64,000 nt of DNA, taken from contig OZ316891.1 of NCBI GenBank assembly GCA_973895155.1, forward strand, positions 21,752,513 to 21,816,512. Reading direction: 5' to 3'. Made by a program: the position numbers and the translations under genes. The notes beneath the pieces were generated by a model that did no database searches, was not told the origin of the DNA, and saw nothing but the letters and a program-made list of their open reading frames with translations. Positions within the stretch are counted from its first letter, which is position 1. Every line of letters begins with the position of its first letter. Shown piece by piece: positions 51,184 to 61,328 of the stretch. This DNA comes from Marsupella aquatica. Taxonomy: Eukaryota > Plantae > Marchantiophyta.

Positions 51184-51910
51184 TCCTCTAACAGAACCAG
51201 TCAATGAGAGAGCTACCTCAGACGCGATTGGTCGCGTCAACTGATCCTAAATGGAAGAGTACCTCCTCTAACAAAACCAGTCAATGAGAGATCTACCTCA
51301 GACGCGACTGGTCGCGTTAACTGATCCTAAATGAAACCTTACCTCCTCTAACAAAACCAGTCAATGAGAGATCTACCTCAAACGTGACTAGTCGCGTCAA
51401 CTGGTCCTAAAAGGAACCTTACCTTCTCTAACAAAACCAGTCAATGAGAGAGCTACCTTAGATGCGACTGGTCGCATCAACTGAACCTAAACAACTATAT
51501 TCACTGAACCTTCCTTGTGGAGATTTGGATATGGTACGCGCTCAGTAAATCTATCTAGTTTCCTTCTCACATGCGACTGGTCGCGTCAACTGATCCTAAA
51601 AGGAACCTTACCTCCTCTAACAGAACCAGTCAATGAGAGAGCTACCTCAGACGCGACTGGTCACGTCAACTGAACCTAAACAACTATATCCACTTAACCT
51701 TCCTAGTGGAGATTTGGATATGGTATGCGCTCAGTAAATCTATCCTGTTTCCTTCTCACACGCGATTGGTCGCGTCAACTGGTCCTAAAAGGAACCTTAC
51801 CTCCTCTAACAGAACCAGTCAATGAGAGAGCTACCTCAGACGCGACTGGTCACGTCAACTGATCCTAAATGGAACCTGACAATCTTTTCACGCGACTGGT
51901 CGCGTCAACA
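51184..51910. repeat. ~80-bp tandem array carrying the element-B palindrome ACGCGACTGGTCGCGT
   Basis: Unit CCTCTAACAAAACCAGTCAATGAGAGAGCTACCTCAGACGCGACTGGTCGCGTCAACTGATCCTAAA; palindromes at about 51222, 51302, 51382, 51462, 51571, 51651, 51760, 51840, 51890. Confidence 0.9.
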
Positions 51911-51943
51911 GCTCAAACAACTTTTGGACACTATGATAATACA

Positions 51944-54095
51944 GTGATACAACTGTGATTACTGACCCGTATGGACAAGGACATCCGAGTAAGCATGATT
52001 TCATTCATTGGTATTCATTCATTGGTATTCATTCATTTATATTCATTCATGAACTTTACAATAATTCAGATGTTTGAGCTCTGTCATTGTGAAACTATTA
52101 TATATCAAAAGTTTAGAGAATGATTCAGCAAAGATGATTCAATTTAGCAATCTACTGGTTGTATTCGTCAATTAAAGGATTCAGGGTAATGAGATTCACA
52201 TAACATGAGAGTTTATATGATTAAATTCACAGCGTGCAAGTTTGTGATGACTTACTTAAGACGATTCAGGTTGTATTTTAATTAGTGAGTTTGTATGATT
52301 CAGACATATTTGAGTTTATAGACAAATCGCATTATGAAAACTCAGCTTAACAATCAAGAGAAATTTTAGCAAACAACAATCAAGAGAAATTTTAGCAAAC
52401 AACAATCAACACCAACAGAAAATGTAGAAATTGCACCTGAATTCTGAAAAATTGATGTAATCGTCTGAGAGATTGACGTCCAAGCACTTGAAGACCTTGT
52501 TGCGGCATTCCAGAAAGTAAATATAAGATTGAAGATATTGATATGCTAAGCAACAACAACACAGCTTCTATACTTCTATACATAGAGCTTCGCTGCCACC
52601 AATTGAATAACATGTGCTTAATGCTAAGGAACTCATTATGTTGAGTTAAAAGACTCTTTCAAAAGTACAATCAAAGTTGTCGATAGACAAACTGAGCATG
52701 AATAAAAGCGCACTAAACCTGAAGATTGAAAGAGGTGAAACAAACCTGAATGATGAATGGAAGGAGCTGAAACAAGCTACCAAAAAGTAGTTCGAGCTAC
52801 TGAAACACGTTGATCGAGCTGATATGAGCTTAAAATTGGCTGACACGAGCTGATACGAGCACTCCCAAAAAACTAGTTGCATCAAACCCAATGGGCTCCT
52901 AAGAATCCCTTCGAGCAAACTAGAAGTGAATACGAGCTGTAAATGCGAGCTGCAACGCGCCAACGAGCTCCTGGTTGAAACGATCGACAACTACTAAGAG
53001 CTGCAACACGCCGACAAGCACCTGACCACAATGAACGAGCTGCAACGACAAAAATGAAATCCAGGGCAGGAGCGAGAGCGAGAGCAACGAGAGCGAGAGC
53101 AACGAGAGCGAGAGCAACGAGAGCGAGAGCAACGAGAGCGAGAGCAATGAGAGCGAGAGCGACGAGAGCAATGAGAGCGAGAGCAACGAGAGCGACGAGA
53201 GCGAGAGCAAGAGCAAGAGCGAGAGCGAGAGCAAGAGCAAGAGCAAGAGCGAGAGCAAGAGCGAGAGCGAGAGCGAGAGCGAGAGCGAGAGCGAGAGCGA
53301 GAGCGAGAGCAAGAGCGAGAGTGAGAGCGAGAGCAACGAGAGTGACAAGAGCGAGAGCGAGAGCGACGAGAGCGACAAGAGTGAGAACGAGAGGGAGTGC
53401 AACGAGAGCGAGAGTGATGAGAGCGAGAATGAGAGCGAGAGCGACGAGAGCAAGAGCGAGAGCGACGAGAGTAGGCACGCAAAAGTCTAGGGAGCGAGAA
53501 ACAACAACAATGAACAGTGAACTCGAGACCGTGGGCGCCGACACTAAGGAAGGACTAATTAGGGTATTGTTTTAGCATAACCCTAATAACAGCCTAGCAA
53601 CAGGAAGGTTCCAGATGATCTCCGTACACTCCACCATCGACTCAACAAACTATGCAATCGTGAAAAAAAGATTACCGGATTCCTTTTGATTTGCCGTACT
53701 AAAGGAGATTTCTATTTGATCGCCAATTTGAAATTTAAACCGGTAATTATGCAACTGTGAAAGATTGTTAGTGGGAACCCCCGGATCCGTATCTTCACTA
53801 TATCTGCCAATTCAAATCCAAAATGTGAACGAACAACAACTTTCTCACGATCGTTCCATCACGTAGTGGAGGCAAACTTCAAAATCATTCCATTTTGGTA
53901 GTGGAGACCATCGGATCCGGATCCATACTCCACTCTCTATCTTGCCAATTCAAACCCAAACTCTAAACAACGTAAAACGATTCTCACGGTCGGGGAGAAC
54001 CAATATTCAAAATCAATCCTGTACAATGATTTTCACGACTGGAGACTCAAGCAATTTTCAAAATCAAAATTGAGTCCAGATGAACACATCCTTCA
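51944..54095 (-). mobile_element. Truncated LTR-retrotransposon 5' region (LTR ~53545-54095, PBS-like site ~53530-53540)
   Basis: TAAGGA...TCCTTCA termini; minus-strand CGGCGCCCACGG is PBS-like; no coding remains recognised. Confidence 0.4.
53070..53472. repeat. (GAGAGC/GCGAGA)n microsatellite
   Basis: ~400 bp of hexamer-based repeat, which produces the poly-RA/LA/LS ORFs. Confidence 0.95.
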
Positions 54096-54415
54096 TGGAG
54101 TCAATAGACTGATCTCATTGCTCACGGATCATTCTTCATTTTCAGTTTCTCCTGACCAGGATACTAGCTGGGCTCTCAGCGGAGGCTGATCCAAGGCACA
54201 TTTGAGGTGGAGCAGATTGGATCATTCGACTATTCCAGTCGGAGGCGGAGCTCATTCAAGCAACGCTGGCGTAGTTCTTGTTGTATCACCTTCAATCTTG
54301 GGGAGAGCACATCTGATCAAGCGGGAGAGTTGTGACGAAGCGAGACGACAAAGATTTAGAACCTCCATAGTCTGCCTCATTCATCGAAGCATTCTAGCGG
54401 ACCAACAAAGAGCGG

Positions 54416-56286
54416 CTATTCTGAAATCAAAGACCCTAGCATCTGTGGTCTAGGGATCTTCTCCGCATTCACTTGATACACTTCACAGTCCACACTGGCT
54501 TGAGAAACAATTGAACCTTCTCCATCTTCATCAACATCAGAAAAAACCTCCATTCCCAAGGCATGAGGTCCTTCCTTGTAAAATCGTTTTTGTTTCACCT
54601 TTGCAAGTAATGCATCTTGAGCCTTGGAGTTCATGCAAGCAAAAAACTCCTCATTGGTGACTCCGCTCACCTCCGTTTTCCAAAACTTCTCAGCAACTTG
54701 ATCATACGCAATGTGCTGCTCAACATCTCTTCCAAGGACTCAACCAGGTCCTTTTTTTTCCACTTTCTCTTTTTTACCACTTCCATCTCCTTTGAGGATG
54801 AAGGAGTCAAAGTAGGCTCCTTTGTTGTACTTCCTCTATCTTCAAATCGAACACTCCTCCTTGTTGGGACTCTTGATGATGACTGCAAAATAGAGGGTCC
54901 AGGCTCAACCTTCTGTTTTCCTTTGGCACGTTCTTCCAAAGGTTCTGACGACTTTCGTTTCTCCTCCACCATAGAATCCCATAGAGATCCCACTTCTGCA
55001 GTGAAAGAAGAGATCAACACTGGATCACTCCAACCTGACTTTCTCCTTACAAACTCTGCTAGTCTCTTCTTGTCTGTCTATGTTGATGAAGAACTCCCAA
55101 AGAAGGTGTAAACATCTGCTTCATGCTCATCCTGATCTCCAAAAGCTGCTGCAATGGCTGAAGTATGATGTTCAGTCATTCTTCTCTCCACCAACACCTT
55201 CATACCGCCCTTGTTTGTATTTACTGGAATAAGCTCTCCTGAATCATGATAAGCAAGCTTTCTTATGCCATCATGATCAATGAACTTGACTATTCTCTCT
55301 CTCAGAGCAATAGAAAGCTCCTCGCATTCACGCCTTGAGTGCTCGTTACTATCACACCAAATACAATTCCAACTCCTTGCTCCGCCAATGGAACTCCCGG
55401 CTCCTGGACCACCTCTTGGTGCTGGTCTCGATGCACCTCCTCCCATCTACTCGAAGGCTTGGGTGGCAAGAATGGTAAGATTTTTCATGAGTTCAGACAA
55501 CTCATCCATTTTGTCCATGCTTTTCTCACCCATACCAGTTGTTGACTCCATTTGCTCCATTCTCCTCATAGAAGTCATAGGTGCAACCGCATCTAGAGCA
55601 CCTTCATGACTCAACTTCTTTCTTCTATGCTTTTGGCTGACCCTAAGCACAGCAATTTCAATCTCCTCCCAAGTTGGTGGACTGGCTCCACGATTTGGGT
55701 TCATCAATTCTAGAGCAAGCTCCAACTCGTCTTGAAGCTTCTCATCAGTAGCTCGGATAAGTAAAGTAGCCTTCTATACCTTGATAACTTCATAACCAAT
55801 CTCAAGAAGCTGATTGAACTTCTTTGTAAACTCCCTTATCAGCTCTTGAGGTCCCAACTTCTTGTTTTTATTGGCCACCCAATCAAGGAAAGATGCTTGA
55901 GTAACCCGATCTGGATCTTCAAGCTGAAATTCTTCTTTCATTTTTAACTCAAAGACTTTTCATGCCTTCTCTCCAGTAGCTCCATCTATCAAGGTAGTAA
56001 CAATTTCCTTGAGTTCAGGTTCTACTAAAGATACAAACTCCTTGATTGCAACTTCTACATCAATCTTATGAATTGTAGCCTCCGTCCAGTATCCCTTGAG
56101 ATACTTGGTTACATTCCGCCCATCAAATTCTCCTTGCTTGGTAAGAACCGAGTGTAGGTACTTTGTGGTCCTACCAAGCAACTCCTTCTTGTTCTCCTCC
56201 ATCTCCTTCTCCTTCATTCCATGTAAGTAAGTAGCAATCAAAGATGAAAACCTCTCCATGTTAGTTGGATTCATCTCAGTTTCCAT
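54416..56286 (-). pseudogene. Ty3/Gypsy gag (bryophyte-type), degenerate
   Basis: FDGRNVTKYLKGY, MKEEFQLED, zinc knuckle CIWCDSNEHSRREC; in-frame stops. Confidence 0.85.
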
Positions 56287-56432
56287 GATTGCAATTCTTC
56301 CCTCTTGACTTAGTAATATAAATAATTTAAGGACTCAAAGTTCCAAAAACATATCTCTTTCCATCTATTAGAACTTAAACATACACAAGCTAACTTCAAA
56401 ATCCAGCGGTTTCCCAGTATGGTCGCCACTTA

Positions 56433-57589
56433 TGTCCGGGTGACCGTGTTTTCTGGCAAGAGCATGTTGGCTCTTATGAAGTTAACCTTGTATGCTCATA
56501 AGTTCTACACTAAAATCAAAATGATAATTCTAGTAACAAAGGTAGTGGGTATTAAGAAAGGTTTAGGTGAAACTAAAATATTGTTAAACCATACTTCACC
56601 ATACTTGCGGACCAACACATCACGAAAATTAGTTTTCTTACGACATATGATCCTAATATCTCCAAGAGAAAATGAAATAGGAATATCATCCGGACTCCTA
56701 TTCAGATCCATGACTTCAATAAAGAACAAAGATGATGCATTCTCACTCCTCTCGGTACGACATCACTAGGTATATTATTGGCTCGTTAGAAACCATAACA
56801 GTAGTTGCAAACTGAGCTCCAAAATGATAGGTTAGATGTTGCCTCATAGATGGTTTGTCTAAAAGATGAACTCTAATCAAAAACGGATTACGAAGGGGAA
56901 GATCAGGGATAACTCTCTCTCCTGGATTCATGATGGCTCTCCTATTCCTTTGCTATCCGGGCCAAAGGACGCCCCACCCCTATATTCTCAAAGAAACCTT
57001 ATTCCCTAAGGTCTCATCTATAAGTCTACCACTCATTCCTTTGCTATCCGGGCCAAAGGACGCCCCACTACTATGTTCAAGGCACAAAAGAGCTTCACAA
57101 CCTTGAATGATAAATATTGCGGAATGAGGGGAGAGTGCCCCTCACCACTTGATTTATAGTGCACACCAAGAAGGCATGGATCAAGCCCAAGCACTTGGAT
57201 GAAGGCCAAGTGTCAAACATCTAATACCTAAGAGTGTGCTAGTACTGTTCATAGTTGGTGAAACTACTTTTAGTAGGTGGAACTACCATGCGTTGGTGGA
57301 ACTACTATGCGTTGGTGGACCTACTATGCGTTAGTGGACCTACTGTGCGTTGGTAAAACTACTATAGTTGATAGAACTACTATGCGCTGGTGGATCTACT
57401 GTGCGTTGGTGAATATTATTGTAGTTGGTGGAACTACTCATATGCATTGGTGGAACTACTATAGTCCGTTAATATAGCTAAAGAAGTTTAATAAAATCTA
57501 AATTTAATAATCTAACTACTAAATTACTTATATAATCTATAGCATATTAAAACAAACAATTTTTTATAACTTAAGAGAAAATCACGACA
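56433..57589 (-). mobile_element. 5' LTR of the Gypsy element, with adjacent PBS
   Basis: TGTC...GACA termini; minus-strand TGGCGACCATACTGGG just inside the LTR; internal ~20-bp tandem repeats at 57255-57465. Confidence 0.75.
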
Positions 57590-59150
57590 ACGTGATGTAT
57601 GTTTGTTTTGTGTGATGTCCCATGTATATCGATCTACTTGTTTGAATTTTGTATGTTGTACTACATCCAGTACGGTCCCTTCAACAAAAATAACTTAGCG
57701 TACACAGTAATATATTGTTCATGCATGAATGCTACTACATTCCTTCCATCCTTCACCCCAAGACATTTTCAATGTGACAAACAAATCTGCTGCACGTTCC
57801 ATTTTGGCCACTAGTCATGCGGACACCCACATCGCCAACAAGGAAAACTTTAGAACGTATTGTGAGGATCTGGTTTTCCACATACAAGACCAACAAGGAG
57901 ATCTACAAATACCTTAGTGCAGACTTCAAGTCTAACATAAAAATAAAGGAGAAGTGCAGATTGTATATTAGGAGTAGAATGCATCATGAACTTTGTGCCT
58001 CTAAAATTTGTGTGTCCCAAAACATTGCCTAAACATGAGATGTCTTGGCTAGAGACCTTTCTCTTTGAAGTGGTGAAGAATAGAGTCTTGATTTATGTTT
58101 TGTTTGAGAGTTCATCGCATTAATGTGTGCACAATCCTGATCTCCAATTGCACGTACTTCAAATGCAGGTTCCCTAAGTACTACTGCAAAAAGCGGGGCA
58201 AAAAGAGGTGATGATGACTTCAAAAAAATGAAGGTACAGGCAGATGAATATGAGGTTTTGGCCATTAAGTATGGACAGTCATACCCCAAGTATTCGGTGG
58301 AACTTTGTGCTTATGCCTTCAAGCCCACTTCTGGCAGAATTGCAAGTGAGAGACATAGATAAATTGGTCAAATATAGGGAGCAGTGTAGTGGGGTAGTGG
58401 TTGGTCGTGGAATACCAGAGAGCATCCACCTTATTAAGAAGGTAAGGTGGTGGAAGCTGAAGTTCATGGAGGCCATGTTTGATGGTGATAAGTCAAAGTT
58501 TGCATATTTCTGGGTGCCATTGATGACACCAGTAAAGGGTCTCAGATGGTACATACAGTTTGGGAACTTAAAGGCAATAAGTATGCACCGACCTTATCTG
58601 AAGTACATCTTGAATGTTGAGTACATTGTAATTTGAAAGCTACTTATGGAATACGTTTGAGGCATGAGTGGGGCATATCTAGGGTACAAATGGGGTACAA
58701 ATGAGAATAGGAGTGGGATACGAATGGTGCGGGTGGGGTAATAGGGGTACAAGGGGGTAAAAGGTTATTTGTGGCCTACTTGAAATTTATACTTTCCCAA
58801 TATCTTATATTGCATTGTGGACCCTAATTATATTGTCATGTATAATTTCCTGCAGGGCATGTTAAGTTTTGTTCCAAGGGCATATTGTTCCATGAGCGCC
58901 AATCTGGCTTGTAAATTGTGCCATGGGTATTCAGGACTTTCTCCCCAGGGTTTTGCCATCTTAGGGAAGGCTTCCAACAATGTGGCCTCTAACCTCTGTC
59001 CTACCGACAAGCAATAGCTGCTTTCAGAAGGGAAGAAACCTTTGAGATCCCCATCTGCATCAACGGACCCGAAAGATGATGCAAGACAAGGAGGGGAGGT
59101 AGAGTTGTTGTCACCACTCTTGCATAGCCACTTGTTTTCACAGCAGGCAC

Positions 59151-59442
59151 CCTGGGGTCCTCACTTCTTTTCTTCCTACCCATTATGCATGAATAAGTAT
59201 AGGGTTTTTTATTGGGTTTAGTGAAATACTTTTAAATTTTTGTTGAAGAACATTAAGGTTATTTTAATCCAATTTTGAGAATTCTAAGAATCATAGGGTT
59301 TTTTAAAATCAAAATTGGGAATATTCTTAGAATATTCCATTAAGTTAGGGGTAAAAAAACTTTATTGACTTAACTTTTAGGTGTTTATTCCCCCAAAACT
59401 TTGCGCGTGATATGGGACACCCCTTGGATTGAGGCCCTCGAG
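59151..59442. mobile_element. MITE family M, divergent copy
   Basis: Perfect 8-bp TSD GCAGGCAC (59143-59150, 59443-59450); termini CCTGGGGTCCTCA / TGAGGCCCTCGAG; internal similarity to the other copies. Confidence 0.8.
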
Positions 59443-59876
59443 GCAGGCACAAGAAATTCAAGTAGATGAGGAGGTTGCACATAACAATGGAGATGAGGAT
59501 AGTCAAAAACAATTGTCGACGTCGACTATCAACTTGCATACATGTTGATTGCTTAAGTCCGTCCACCCAGATTTACATTCAATCTGATGAGGATGATGAA
59601 AGTTTATTTGAGCTCTAATGATAAAACAAAACCACAAGTGGTAAGCAACTACCGTCATGCTGCACTCTTGTATTATATTTTATAAATGTATTGCACAGTG
59701 ACAATACTAATTCAATCAATTTATTCAATCAGTTTATGGTATGTACATATTTCGCAGGTAAGAGGCAAAAACTTGACTGCAATATTGTAGACCAAAACAC
59801 CCTTTCTTGTACAAGGTACAGATCTGAACGGGTAATATTTCATTCTGTAGGTGGATATAATGTGATTAGGTTCCCT

Positions 59877-60158
59877 CTTGGGGGTTTCACTTCCACAAAA
59901 ATGGCAAGTTACCACATGCGACGAAGTATAGGGTCATTTTATTGGTTCAAAGGGAAGACTTAAAAATTTTCTAAGAAAAACACAGGGTTTTTTAAATCAA
60001 GTTTTGATACTATCAGAACATTAGGGTCCTTATAACCAAGATTTCAAAATATTCTAACCTTATTGGGGTTGATTTTTTATTTTTTTTACATTTTAGGAAG
60101 TCTAAGGCCTAAAACGTCGCAAGTGATGGGGAGGCATCCATATAGTGAGACCCCCGAG
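59877..60158. mobile_element. MITE family M, copy 2
   Basis: CTTGGGGGTTTCACT...AGTGAGACCCCCGAG; TSD GGTTCCCT / GGTTCCTC. Confidence 0.9.
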
Positions 60159-61328
60159 GGTTCCTCTCGGATATAATGTGAAAAGTTTCTTAGAGCTACT
60201 TTTGAGACGATTGATGATTTGCGATGTGGTAGGTAAAGATTGAGAAAGACAAAGAACAAGGGGGAGTCCTCGGAAGCATTGGTAACCTCAATTCACCCCT
60301 GACAAGAACACGACAAGGCAAGGTTCCAAATCCAGGCAAAGAAAATGTACCTTCATTTAGGGTAATTTCAACAAAAGTACATGAAGATGCACGACAACGG
60401 TTGTTGACTAGCAAGAACATGGTATGATCACACATTCCATCCATTCAAGATGTTTTTTGTTTAAAGTAGTAGCAATTCATTTGTGTATAATGAAGTGGAG
60501 CTAGAACATAAAACCCCAATTTAAGGAATACTGAAGTATTAGATTAATTCCAATTTTATCTAAATATTATAAGTTAATGAATGATCAACCTCTTTAACAT
60601 TTGGTGGAATAGTCAAAAACTTCAAATGTTTTGTTGCAAGATCTTTATAACAATGCATCACTAAATGATATCAAGTACCTCTTGATCCATGCACAAATCC
60701 TTAATTAAACTGTCATTCATTGTTTCAATTGTCTATTTAATTACTATAGGGTTGAATACAAAAAAGATTGACCACCCTTTACAACAATTAATAGGATTGT
60801 TGTATATTACAATGTCTACTGGACATTCATTTGAATGTCAATAATATCATGCCTTAATATCACCAAACTAACGCCCCACTGTCTAACTAATATTATATCT
60901 TAAATAAACTAACCAACTAACTAACTTGTCTATTTAATTACTATAGGGTTGAATACAAAAAAAGATTGAAACGCACCAGGGTGCGTGACCTACATTAATC
61001 ATGGTATCACCCTTTAATTAGTTAGTTTCTATTGCTTTGACTCAATCAGGCATGGAACCATATAAAATCAGAAATCATTGAAAGTTGAGTTCACTTGAAG
61101 GTGTAACTATAATTATTACTTATTAATAGGATTGTTGTATATTACAATGTCTACTGGAAATTCATTTGAATGTCAATAATATCATGCCTTAATATCACCA
61201 AACTAAGGCCCCACTAACTAATATTATATCTTAAATAAACTAACCAACTAACTAACTTAGACGATAAGACTTGTCTAAACTTGAGTTCTCTGGCTACTAC
61301 TATTCTGAGTTGCCTTTTAAACTGTATG

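Larger units (their letters stand above)
40597..51910 (-). mobile_element. Element B cargo arm (right end, reverse orientation)
   Basis: TIR AACCCCAATTTAAGGAAAAC at 40597-40616 preceded by TTAT; gene order mirrors the right half of element A. Confidence 0.8.
57600..60511 (+). mobile_element. 5' part of the old, highly degenerate Ty1/copia host element
   Basis: 60230-60510 reads (with shifts) VPNPGKENVPSFRVISTKVHEDA-RQRLL-QEHG-YDHTFHP-KW, matching the copia RT N-terminus; upstream similarity is weak. Confidence 0.5.

Noticed and set aside
51184-51910. CRISPR-like appearance of regularly spaced palindromes
   Set aside because: The intervening sequences are themselves repeated, there are no cas genes, and the context is eukaryotic; it is a tandem array.
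52882-53575. Poly-LA, poly-LS, poly-RS and poly-RA ORFs
   Set aside because: Artefacts of a hexamer microsatellite that is open in several frames.
60545-60566. AATTCCAATTTTATCTAAATA, similar to the element A right TIR
   Set aside because: It lacks the terminal GGGTT and a TSD and lies inside the B left end; at most a subterminal motif.
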